Positions 96,749 through 109,000 of a DNA stretch of 248,000 nucleotides are shown one piece after another. Origin of the DNA: Wallemia ichthyophaga EXF-994. Taxonomy: Eukaryota; Fungi; Basidiomycota. A program made the position numbers and the translations under genes. Position 1 is the stretch's first letter, and each line of letters begins with the position of its first letter. The DNA lies in the NCBI RefSeq assembly GCF_000400465.1, contig NW_008806280.1, positions 20,001 to 268,000 of the forward strand. Reading direction: 5' to 3'. The notes beneath the pieces were generated by a model. That model did not search any database. It had not been told where the DNA came from and saw only the letters and a program-made list of their open reading frames with translations.

Positions 96749-98119
96749 CTATAGAGATGACTGTGTTGAATTTTTTTGGTGTGTCAGATGGGCCACTACG
96801 ATGGCATTCTTGGCAGCAGATGACGGCAATTTCTCCCATCTACCCATGCGAGGTTCTTGAGCTGTAGCGGCAACGAGGACGAGCTGATCCTTCTCCTGCT
96901 CTTCCTGAACGAGCTGAATGGAGTTGACGAATCCTTTAGCGTCGATTTCTGCGAGTTTAGAGAAAGCCTTAAGATTCGCATCTATCCTCCATAGCCTAAT
97001 ATAGCCATCGCTGGACCCACTAGCAAAGAGATCCGAGTAGGGAAATGCAGCGAGCGCAGTGATTCCTCTGGGCTGCTTGATGACGCCCTCAGTCTCCGAG
97101 TGGTGGTGGTGCACGCCGTGTGCGAGATAGCTAGTGTAGATAGCTTTCTTCTTACCAATGTTCCACAAACTGATGAATCCTGAGTCACCACCAGTCAGGA
97201 AATGTTGCTCGTCGATCATGGCACACACGTCGAGACTGCCCTCCACGAAACCGGCTTGCTTGCCACGACGAATGGGCTCGCCGTCAACATCCATGCCCTG
97301 AGCATCGAAGTCAAGAGCACCGTCTATCATGTCGCGTATCTTAGATCTGCCACCACCTCTAAAGACTAATTGAGACTCGTCTACTACTTTCCAGTAACGC
97401 GCAGATTTGTCGCGACATCCAACACTCAGCGCCAGGTCAGACCTGAGTACGTCGACTGAGTAGATGGAGTCTTGGTGTCCGAAGAGTGTCTCTACGTAGG
97501 ATGGAGGGTCTGGTGGGCTAGGAGGGAAAGAGTAAATTTTGATGGATCTGTCTAAACTGGCAGCGAAGAGCGCAGTGGGGGTTGATTTTCTAAAGGATAA
97601 CGAGGTAATCGAGTCTTTGAAGCCAGGAATAGTGGTAATTAGGGAGAAAGGGGATGTTTGGGTGTTGTAAATGTCGATAGTGTTGATTGAGGTACCAACA
97701 GCGAGCCAATTGAAATCAGGGGAAGTTGCTAAGCATAAGGGGTGCCTAGTGGGTAATCTGTGCCTGTCCTTTGAGTTTAAGGGCTGCGTGTATAGATTAT
97801 TATCCTTTGCGCTGAATACTAGGATTGGTGTGGTAGAAGTAAATGAAATGATAGCGTGAGTGAGTGGTGATTTGTGCTTAATAGATCTAACTGTCTTAAT
97901 ATTTAAATTGGCTGATATAAATTTATTCATTTTGTTGCTCTTTTCGAGTAAATTGGATTCCAACGTCGTCTCGACATCCTCGCCGTCTAAACCACTCAAA
98001 TACTCCTTTGCGAGCTTAATTCTCTTATTCTGTACATCTCCCTCATCTTCGCTACTCGACGAGTACACTTCTTCTTCTCTCTCTCTCTCGCTTTCACTCC
98101 CACTCGATACGGAAGACAT
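96749..98119 (-). CDS. RRP9: U3 snoRNP WD40 protein
   Basis: YVETLFGHQD; YWKVVDESQLVFRGG. Confidence 0.92.
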   Translation of the reverse strand: MSSVSSGSESEREREEEVYSSSSEDEGDVQNKRIKLAKEYLSGLDGEDVETTLESNLLEKSNKMNKFISANLNIKTVRSIKHKSPLTHAIISFTSTTPILVFSAKDNNLYTQPLNSKDRHRLPTRHPLCLATSPDFNWLAVGTSINTIDIYNTQTSPFSLITTIPGFKDSITSLSFRKSTPTALFAASLDRSIKIYSFPPSPPDPPSYVETLFGHQDSIYSVDVLRSDLALSVGCRDKSARYWKVVDESQLVFRGGGRSKIRDMIDGALDFDAQGMDVDGEPIRRGKQAGFVEGSLDVCAMIDEQHFLTGGDSGFISLWNIGKKKAIYTSYLAHGVHHHHSETEGVIKQPRGITALAAFPYSDLFASGSSDGYIRLWRIDANLKAFSKLAEIDAKGFVNSIQLVQEEQEKDQLVLVAATAQEPRMGRWEKLPSSAAKNAIVVAHLTHQKNSTQSSL

Positions 98120-100401
98120 GATGGATTGCGTCCTAGATGCGTATAAACGTGAAATATCAATCGAGTTGAATGAAATTAAAAATAATTTTATATTCAAAAT
98201 AAACGTTGATCTAGCCAGCTACTCGCTGTCGTACTCTTCTAAGCTGCTCATCTCGCTATCCACCACCCACAAACACGTTTTTAAGTACGCTTTTCCTCCT
98301 TGATCCTATACTCCCATCATTTAACATGAATTAATCAGAAATGGCGATCTCGCTGCTATCGTCGACACAAAGAACGCCGAGCTATTTCGAGGTGTTGTTT
98401 ACTCTTCCACAACTGACAATATTACCATCTCCATCGACAGAGATGAGCTCGATCTCCCTTCTCCAATCTACCTCGTAAAGCTTCAAGATGAATCCACCTA
98501 TAACAGGCTGCTACACACTATTTCCATCTACCAGAAAATCTTCACTTCAAACACCCAATCTCCCTTAATCAACACTATCTTTGGCCTGTCCAAGCCTACA
98601 TTTTGCCAGACTCCACCTGCGCTCTACCTCGACAAGTCACTCAACGATTCTCAAAAGCGCGCCGTCGATCGGTGCATCTCTGCCGATCATCTATCCCTTA
98701 TCCACGGCCCGCCAGGAACTGGAAAGTCGTACACGCTAATCGAAATTATTCGTCAGCTAATAACTCAAAATAAGCGCATTTTAGTTTGCGGTGCTTCCAA
98801 TTTGGCTGTAGACAACATCCTCGAGCGCCTCTCCGCACACAACATCCCCGTCACCAGACTCGGTCACCCCGCACGCATCCTGCACTCTCTCCAACCACAC
98901 ACCCTCGAGTATCAGACCTCCCACTCGCACCAGAATGATATCGTCAATGACGTCAAGAAGGAGCTCGAGGACTTGATGAAAGACTTAAAAGACGGCCGTA
99001 TTAAAGGCAAGCTCAAGCGGAAGAATGCGTGGAATGAAGTTAGGGAATTGAGGAAGGAGCATCGCAAGCGATCTGCTGGGGTGCTCAACAACCTCATCAC
99101 TCGCGCTCAAGTAGTACTGTGTACCCTGCACGGCGCAGGCGGACGTCAGCTGCACAACAAACATTTTGATGTGTGTATCATAGACGAGTCCACACAGGCA
99201 CTTGAACCTAGCTGTCTTATCCCTGTCCTCAAAGCCAATAAACTGATTCTAGTGAGTTTAAAACACTTTGCGGATGAGTTGAAATTTGACCTTGCTATTT
99301 AGGCAGGCGACCCCCTCCAGCTACCACCCACCGTACTCGCCCAGCCGGGCAAGAAGAAGAAGGAGGTACCCAAGATAATACCCAAAGATGGCGCGAAGAA
99401 GGCAGAGGAGGGTGCCAATGGGGGAAAAGATACACAAGAAGCAACTGCAGCACTCTCCAAAACATCAATCAGTAGCCATTCTCCACCCACCCAACCTACC
99501 CTTAAACCACTAGCCTCGCTCAACCAAACCCTCTTCGAACGGTTAGTCGGAATACACGGCAACAGGATCAAGACGCTACTCAGCGAGCAATACCGCATGA
99601 ACGATCTTATAATGCGCTACCCGTCCGAATCAATGTATGGGGGAGCGTTGACTGCACACTCGTCAGTATCGCACCATACGTTGCTCGATCTGCCCAGTGT
99701 ACAAGCGCACGAAGGAGCGCATGACGAAATAGAGCTCAATTCACCCCTCGTCCTTTTAGACACCGATGGTCTAGACTACATGGAGCGCGTCGACTCGGAG
99801 GAGATGAAGAAGGGCGAGGAGGAGGGCAGCAAGTACAACGAAAATGAGGTCGAAGTGGTGCGCGAAAAGGTTGGACAGCTCGTCAGTCAAGGTGTCCTCG
99901 ATACCCAGATCGCCATCATCACCCCTTATCAAGCTCAAGTGGGACATCTCAAAAACGCTCTGAGAGGTACATACCCCGGTTGCGAGATCGGCAGTGTCGA
100001 TGGCGTACAGGGACGCGAGGAGGAAGTAGTGATCATGTCGCTTGTGCGCTCGAATGATGCAGTGGGTGTCTAACGCTTTGTGCTTTTAGTTAGTTGATCA
100101 CCGCTCACTACTCTCTTTTTTCTTTTAGGGCGAAGTAGGCTTTTTGAAGGAGGAACGCAGGTTGAATGTGGCTATGACCAGAGCTAAAAGGCAGCTGGTG
100201 GGTGTTTTGATTTTTTTTTTCATTTGGCCGGGTGCTGATTTTGCATTGCAGATTGTCGTCGGGAATAGCGCAACTATCAGACGCGGGAGCACATACCTGA
100301 AGAAGTGAGTTTGTTGAGGTTTTGATTTGTGTTTAGCTTATCACACGCGCAGGTGGATGGACTTTTTGGAAGAGCACGCTGATATTCAGGTGCCTGAGTA
100401 A
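98118..100401 (+). CDS. HCS1: IGHMBP2/Hcs1 SF1 helicase
   Basis: HGPPGTGKS, SNLAVDN, IIDE, VDGVQGRE; start approximate. Confidence 0.9.
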
Positions 100402-100822
100402 TTTTTCTTTGTAGATGACGAGATAAGCAAATGAGTAGATAAATAGACTTTTTTGCGTGCTCCTATCTGATTGGCTGAGAGTGTGATGATTTGAAAGAAG
100501 ATGAATTGGATGCAATTGTTTACATGGGTGTTTTAAGCGTACCCGCGTGTGCTACTTTCCTCTTACGCCGCAACCGCAGATCTGGATAGGTGCACACCAC
100601 CGCGCACACAAATAAAGACGCGTAATTTCAGAGCTAAGGAGCCTTTAAATGCTTCAGCCCCACTTCAGCATCGTATTTACACCTCAAACGCCAACGAAAA
100701 AGAAATAAATTCCTCATCAAGCTGATTTTGACGCGCCTGGGATCTCTCACCCGAACGACGACGACGATCGATTAAGCGGGATATTAAAGGATTTCTAAAG
100801 CATACAGCACAGCGAAAACGTC

Positions 100823-103131
100823 ATGAAAACTCCGCCACGCCCAAAATCGACAAAGCTCTCCGAGACGTGCGCACCACCGCCGGAGACGATTAGAGATAAG
100901 AAGAGGAATAAGAAATATTCGCGGCATGGGCTCTTAGGGGAGGTGAGAAATGACAGCGACGGGGATGAAAACGAATCTGACACTCGAGTAGGGCGGATTC
101001 GCACGAGTGTACGAAGTCGAGGATGACCACGGCGGGTTGCTTGCCATTAAGACAATATCTAAAACAGCGCTGCAGTCCAAGAAAAACAGGACTAAGGTGT
101101 GTCTTGAATTCTGATAATATTGTGACGCACACACTGACACACTCACAGCTCTATGCTGAAATCAAACTGCATAAAGCATTATCACACCCGAATATAGTCG
101201 GCTTTGAGGAATGCTTCGAGGATGAAGAAAACGTTTACATGCTGATGGAATTGTGCAAGGCAGGCAATATGATGGATCTTCTTCGCGCGAGAAAGAGATA
101301 CACAGCTCCAGAAACACGCTTCTTCCTCGTACAGCTTATAGGCGCGTGTCAGTACATGCACGAGCATTCAGTTATTCACCGTGACCTTAAACTGGGCAAC
101401 TTGTTTTTGGACGAGTCGATGAATGTCAAAGTGGGTGACTTTGGCTTGGCCGCTTTGATTGAGCGCGAGGGCGAGCGGAAGAAAACAATATGCGGTACTC
101501 CAAATTATATCGCTCCAGAAGTTCTATTTGATACATCGAATGGACACAGCTTTGAAGTCGACGTGTGGTCTATTGGCGTAATCATGTACACTCTTCTAGT
101601 AGGGAAACCACCGTTTCAGACCAAAGATGTCAAGGAAATTTACAAGTGGGTTTGAGACACTGCTGAGACATGCGCACTTAACACTCACCCTTCAGACGGA
101701 TAAAAGACAATTTGTACGAATTCCCAGTGGATGATCCAATCCCGACTGAAGCTGAGGATCTCATTTCGTGCATCCTGACACCAGATCCTAGTGGGTTTGA
101801 GTTACTTAATAACTTGATTTTTCAGCTAACAACAAACTCCAGACGACAGACCGACTCTTCACGAAATTTTAGACCATCCTTTCTTTAGTGGGATTACGCC
101901 GCCATCTATCCCGTCAACAGCGCGCATGTCTAAACCTGACTTCAGCAACGTGACAAACGCAATGTCTAAACATAACATGCGCAGGCTGCGTCAGCAAGTA
102001 GAGCTCGACATTTCACGCCCAATAGCGGCCAAGAATGGCGAAGAGAAGACGGAGAGTGTGTCTGTCGCAGAGCAGGAGAGGGAGTTCAACAAGGCAGTAC
102101 AACCATCATCGCCAATCTCCACACTGCTCAGCTCGGCCAGGCAGCCACTGATTGTTGCCAACAGTCTCCCATCGCAGCCGCTGCTTAGACAGGCGACAAC
102201 TGCAGCACTTGCTGAGAAAGAGAAGAAACAGAAAATGGAAATACACGCATCGAACAAGAAATACATGGAGAATTTGGAAAAGAAAGATGGCGAGGACGAG
102301 GAAATTGCTGATCAGAAGCTGAGAATAGTTAGTGAAATGGTCAACAACGATGAGAAAAATAAAGGAAAAGCGAGAGCATTGGATGAGAATAATCAACTTC
102401 CACCACCTAAAAGCAAAAGCAAGAGCAGTTGTTTTGTGGAAATGCACACTAATCTTCACAACGCATTCACTGCCAAACGTGAAGCAAAGCGTTTCGAGAT
102501 ACCATCACAATACCGCGACACAGATTCGGACAAAGCATCCAAAGTTTTCATAGTTAGTTGGTTAGATTACTGCAATAAATATGGAATGGGATATGCATTA
102601 ACTGATGGCACCGTTGGCGTGTATTTCAACGATTCAACATCCATGGTGCTATCACCTGCAAAGGAAACGGTTGACTATATAGCGTCTCGTGGTAAATCGA
102701 GCACAGCGGTAAGGAAAAATTTCAACATAGATAAGGAGATACCGAAGGATTTAGAAAGTAAGATGTTGTTGTTGAGACATTTCGAGGATTATATGCTCGA
102801 GAGGCTCTATGGAGCACGTTCATACACATACGTAGATGAAGAAAGGCGGAAGGGGATGACTTTTGTGCAGAGATACTATCGGATGAAAAATCTGATAGTG
102901 TTCAAGCTGTCAAATGATGTCGTGCAATTCAACTTTTATGATCACACCAAGATGATACTCAGTCAGGGAGGGTGTTTGGTTACATACATCGATAAGGATT
103001 ACGCGTTATCGAGATGGACACTGGATGAGATATTGGAAAAGCAAAGCAAGGATGAAAGGGAGAAGAAAAAGATGGAAGGGATATTAGTCAAGCTCAAGTA
103101 CTGTAAGGATGTATTTGCAACAGGGAGGTAG
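100823..103131 (+). CDS. CDC5: Polo-like kinase
   Basis: [16 protein letters not shown], polo boxes WLDYCNKYG. Confidence 0.95.
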
Positions 103132-103195
103132 TGGCAAGTGTAAGAACATGACGATTAATAAAGTATGTGTACATGATGTGAGGTGTGTTTATAGC

Positions 103196-103631
103196 TTAAG
103201 CGATGTTACGGAGGACAAGAATGACGGAATCGCCGCTAATTTGGGTGTGGTTAGGAGGGTGTTTCAGTTAAAGACATAGCACTCACCGCAGGAACATTTT
103301 GCTAATGAATCTATCCTTATTGATTGGTTGCTTCCCTTTTCCTTTTGGAACTTCTGTCCACATTTCCTTTACATTTTCAAGCACCTAGGTGAAACGAATG
103401 AGAAGACAAGTAAAATGAGAGCAATTATAGTACCATATTTGAATGCCTATCGAAAGCTTTAACTCTTGCTAGCAATTTCCTGTTATTTCTCAAACTGACT
103501 AATATTTGAGTGTTATTCTTCACGCTCTGCTGGAGCACCGATAAAGGACCTTGGCTGAGTTCAAACTCCTCCAGTTGTCTAATTTGATCCTCATTCAACT
103601 CAGATTTTGGCGTATTTACGAATTCAGACAT
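103196..103631 (-). CDS. SMD2: Sm protein D2
   Basis: [27 protein letters not shown]. Confidence 0.95.
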
Positions 103632-103652
103632 GTAGCTTTACGTTGGCTTGTG

Positions 103653-104907
103653 ATGGTCAAGAGGAAACGAAGTGAGCCATTCGTATGCAATCATTGCGGA
103701 AAGTCTTTTGAAAAATTATCAAAGTATACAGAGCATACACGCAAGCACACCGGGGAGGTGCGTTTGGCTTGTCCAATTGATTTACCTACTAAACCACCCA
103801 TAGAGACCATTGAAGTGCTCAAAATGCAATGCTGTGTTTAGAAAAGATAGCCACTTAAAAGCACACGAGCGAACGCACGAATCAGAATCGAGTAAACCAT
103901 TCAGCTGCACTCACTGTGATAAACAATTCTGGACGAATCAACACCTAAAAAGGCATTTAAAAACACACGAATCAAGCTTCATTTGCAACTACTGCGATAA
104001 ATCATTCTCAAAACAATATCAACTTAGAAATCACGTCGCTGGTGAGCATAATCCAGTTGGTACTCTACCACACATATGTGCACACCCGGGCTGCACGAAA
104101 TCATTCCCTACAAACGCGAAGCTCAGAAGACATGCTCAAGTTCATCAGTCTGATAGATATAGCTGTGGACACGATCAATGTACTCACCTCTCTTTTAACA
104201 AATGGACCGAACTTCAGGCGCATATCAGACAAGAACATAAACCAACTTGTCCTTACGAGTCTTGTCACAAGGTTTTTAGTAATAGGACCAACCTCAACCA
104301 GCATTTGCTTCTCCATGACCAGAAAGAGGTGGAGAGGGAATTGGGTTTAGAGGAGCAGGCAAAAAACGTAAAAGGTGGTTTGGTTGCTAGAGATTTTCAT
104401 TGTCAGGTGCAGGGCTGTGACAAGAGCTTCAAATCTCACCGTGCTCTCACCGTCCACATCAACACCACTCATCTCAACATACGTCCCTTCGTTTGTCTCC
104501 AATGCGATAAGAGCTATGGCTACAAACATCTGCTACAGAGACACTTACAAACGCACAAAAAACAAAAGGATGTTAAGAAGCCAAAGAAGACCACTATCGA
104601 GAAGTTCACCGGTGTTGATTACATGAAAAGAAACATCGAATGCCCATATAAGGATATACTTGAGTTAGATACTCTCCCGGACTGCTCTTTTAGATATACT
104701 AGACGCTACGATCTACGTCGACACCTCGCCTCCAAGCATCACATTCACTTCACTAAAGAAGAGCTGGATTATTGGTTGGACGGAGGCATAGACGAGCAAG
104801 AAAGTGTCAGTGCGAATGAAGAAGAGCTGAACAAGGAGCATAAAAGCCAACATGAGAGCTTGACTGAGGATGAGGAGCTGGATCAATCAATAGAAGCGCA
104901 GGATTGA
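103653..104907 (+). CDS. Multi-C2H2 zinc-finger protein, TFIIIA-like
   Basis: About nine tandem C2H2 fingers. Confidence 0.75.
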
Positions 104908-105419
104908 TGCAGCTAACATTTATATATTTATTTGTACTTAAATTGTAATGTTTGTAATATATGTATCATTTTGTAGCTATTGACTTTGTGAAAACTTCTC
105001 AGCGTCGAGCAGCGCTTTGTAAACATCCACTTATTTTTGACATGCTACAGGGATGATGATTTGTTTTGAAAATGCAAATTCATACTATAGAATCTAGAAG
105101 ATTCCAACACAATCTTCCTTGTCCCCATACCCCAACTATTTGTTTTTTTAGGAATGCACCAGTCGATCCAAACCCCCTTCCCTCGGGATTCAGAGTTGAG
105201 CTGACCCCCACTTTGATTTACAATACATCATTTTCGATAAGTATTCATTGAATAATAGTGACCTTGATCCTCCCCTATAGCCAGGTTTTAAAAGGCCTCA
105301 AATCGAAAAATGTACTATGTTTTACAATGCTGTTACTGGCATTATTTAAACAAGACGGTCTGTATCAGCTCAAAATCACAATAAGAATCGATTGGGCGCG
105401 TGTAATACTCCTTGTTAAT

Positions 105420-105775
105420 ACTATGGCGTACTATAGAGCGATTTCGAACCATGACTCTCGATCAGCATGCAGAGCATGATTAGGAGCGCCAGAGATCTAA
105501 ATCTGGCAAAGCATATTTGTACCAGCCATAGCTATCAATCAAGCATTTTTATTTGGAGATCATCAAAAGTTGTAAATCATCATCCGAGATGAGTTAAGTA
105601 TGGCACGCGAAAAATCAATTCGATGGATAGTGAGTGAACAAAGAATACAAAGGTATAGTTGGAGTGCTCGAGAGCTACTGAGAAGAAAGGTGTTGTAAGT
105701 TTATACAGAATGTCTGAACACGAATCTGCTGTGCTCATCTTCATGTTCACTTGGTCATTTGCAAGGCCAATTGCA
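105420..105775 (+). repeat. Dispersed decayed repeat, copy A
   Basis: Shares blocks TTTTATTTGGAGATCATCAAAAG and ACTTGGTCATTTGCAAGG with copies at 160.5, 202.3 and 226.2 kb. Confidence 0.7.
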
Positions 105776-106084
105776 TTGAAATAATGACCCCGACTATCTG
105801 AAAGCTGCTTTTAATAGTGGACCTTCATCCCCTCGGCTATCTCGTTGAATCGTACTGAGACCATCATAGTCGCAGCTCTTACTACCTATTCTTGCATCAT
105901 TTTAAAATAAATTAACAACTACATGCGTATATGCATTTCTTTAAAAATAACAATAAGAGATCATGTTAAGAATTGTTCACAAAGTAGTAGAGTGTTCGCT
106001 GAAGAGTGGAGGAATTTGTAGCGTTTGTTGTTAAATAAATAAATCGTCCATGCAAATATACGCCTCTAAAGTAAGCCTATTATT

Positions 106085-109000
106085 CTAGATAGATGTGAGA
106101 ATATCGTCGATTATGGCGTTAATCTCAGTTCTACGATCGTTGATAGCGTCGTTTCCATACTTGTCAGCAAGATCCTGTCTGATTGACTTCTTGGTTATAT
106201 TGTCCAGATCTGCCTTGCCAATTATGCCCCTGACGTCCATCTCGATTTCATTCCACGATATCGATTGACTCCCTCCACTGCCGTTGCTGTGTTGATTGTA
106301 TTCAGGTAGGGGTGTGACGGAGTGCGACTGCGGCTGTGGTGGCATGAATTGCTGTTGGGAAAAGTTCGTCGACATTCTCGGATCGTAGCCTCCGTAGAAT
106401 GAGTTGGACCAGTTTTGAGATTGCGGATATGGATGGTGTTGTGGTGGTGCCAAAGAATACATTGATGTGGTGTTTGGATAACCGTTGAAAGCGTATTGGG
106501 ATGGGTATGCTGATTGGCGGTAGATGCTCTGATTCGCGGACATTGAGCGCGGCACACCGCTCTGGTCCAATCCACCATACATAGATCGAGGGCCATAGAT
106601 ACTGGCTGTGTTAGCTGGTGATGGCGGCCTTGATGCTTTCTCAAATTCGTAAACTTCATCTCTGTAACCCGATTAGCTAGTGCGTTACTTCTCAGGAGTC
106701 TAACTCACCCTTGCTCCCACAGCTCAGCTTCATACTCAGCCCATGTCTTTAGTGGTATCACCTTTGGATCAAAGTGACCTTCATCATGTATCATCATTTT
106801 TCTGCCCTTTTCTCCTGTGATCGTGTGCGTCGAGCCCCATGAGAAATCATCAAAGTGCCAGAATGAATATAGCGGCAAGAAGAACGAGAAGAGCGGGATA
106901 GCGCAAATATAAACTATCATCCAGCCAATCTGTTCCCATTTACGATGCATAAGGAAGATTAGCGCTTGGAAACCATATATAGCGCAAAGCATAATGATAG
107001 ACGTTGTCGGTATGGTCTTTCCTTCAGCTGCTGCCAAGTAAATCAAGTAGACAATATAAACGACGGTGACTGGAGCGATAATTGTTGATAGCAGATCAAT
107101 GAAAACTATGAACCTCATCGAGAAGCAGCAGAAACCACAAAGCTTATCCAAGAATAACAGTTCGGCCAGGTTATGCACAGTGGAGTTAATCCATCTACGT
107201 CTTTGAGAGAGCAAAACCTTGATATCATCCGGTGCGACAGTCTGGGCTCTTGCATCGGCTGTAAATTTGGTCTTGAAGAGTGGGAAATGCTTGAGCAGAA
107301 TAGTAGTAAGATACCGATCTTCACCGAGATGCAAAAGATTCTTCAAGTGAAGCGTATTAACAACATTTTGACTATACTCGTCAATTACCTCAGAAGCGAC
107401 GAAAAGTGGACGATGAGTATCACTCGTGCGCAATCTATACATCGAAAAACATCCTGGTAAACATGTGATAGAGCCAAACAGAGACTCAAATGCTTTGGTG
107501 AGGTAGTGAGAGATATAGTACTCGTAAACCTGAGCCATAGTTACGATAGATTGCTTAGAATTAGCTAGAGAAGTTTCTCCACATAATGCCAAGATCTTTT
107601 TATCTCGCATGAACGATGATATAAACATAGAAAGACAGTCAGGATCGACCATAGTATCAGCATCGACGGCCAGCATATACTCGTAAAAATTGGGGTTAAC
107701 ACCAATAACATTCTTGATTTGGTGGTATATCTCCAACTCAAGGGGGTTCATTGGTGCGTCGAAATGAACTTTGTTCAGGAACCACATCAATGCCAATTGT
107801 GAGTCACGCTTACCTCTATTACCAGGCCTGCTACGTTCTGTTGGTTTACCGACTTTAGCCAGTACAATGTACGGTACGACGTGACCACGGTGCTCATAAA
107901 GACCACTATAGATTTTGCCCATATTGTGCTGCTTGTTACCCTCACCGATCGACTTAAAGCTGAGCGGTTCTGGATCGTAATTAGGATCAGCGCCTAGGAT
108001 ATCGAGGGCAATACGTGGTGTTGTACGGTCATTACCACTATAAAAAGTTAGTAATTCACGAAAATTCAATCAACACTCACCCTCCAATAATGTTACCATC
108101 ACAGATAACAAAAATGAGCTTGCGTTTATCATCGTAACGCGTAGCGGCGAGCGAGTCAATCGTCCGTCGCAGTGACTCTTCACCCTCAGTATAAGCAGGT
108201 ACCTGTAATTGTCAGCCAAAGCCTCGTTTCTATCAATCCACCTACTTGGAAAATGAGAAACTTGTCGTGCTCCTCCGGTTTCCGTCGTGTACCAAAGTTG
108301 ATAGCAGCCAAGAACTTGAAACCAATAATGACAATCATGAAAATTGATAGCGCGAGAAGGATGTAGTTTGAGAATTGACATGCCGTTGAGTTTCTTCTAT
108401 CCACTTTACCAATAAAGAAGAGATTCCGTAAACAGCTCATTTGACGAGCAAGGACGGTAGGATCTATAGCCAAGTCTTGAACATACTTAGTAACATCTTC
108501 CCCTGAATTTTGTTCAAATATTTGAACAATCGCTTCATGCATAAAGTGAGTGTCAATGTCAGTTGGAGCTGCCTCGTCTTCGCTAGATCCAACAAAACCA
108601 CCATCAAATGAGATGTACGGAGTCATATCGTAAACGCTGCCATTGATCACAGCTACATTGTTATTATCGTCCGCCATCTTTGAAATATCCTTGTCGGTTA
108701 AACCGACATGACCGACTCTGTAATTGTAGCGCATAATGACCATCTGCTCGTAATACCAATCTGGTCTTGAGTCATTAGTCCATGCTCTAAAGTCGTGGTA
108801 GTGGGCATTAGGTTCTGTAGATGTAGTGTTTGAGGCGTCAAGACCGACTAGCGGATTAACCGCTCCATCAACACCATTGCACAATGCCGATACTTGAACA
108901 GGAAGAAGATTAGAAACATCCTGACCACCATAATTCCAAAAGAGCCTGTCGTCGATAACTGATACAGCACCGCGGTGTGCATCGTGCATCTTAGTGAGGT

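Noticed and set aside
103653-104907. 5S rRNA genes near the TFIIIA-like gene
   Set aside because: No 5S sequence recognised anywhere in the window.
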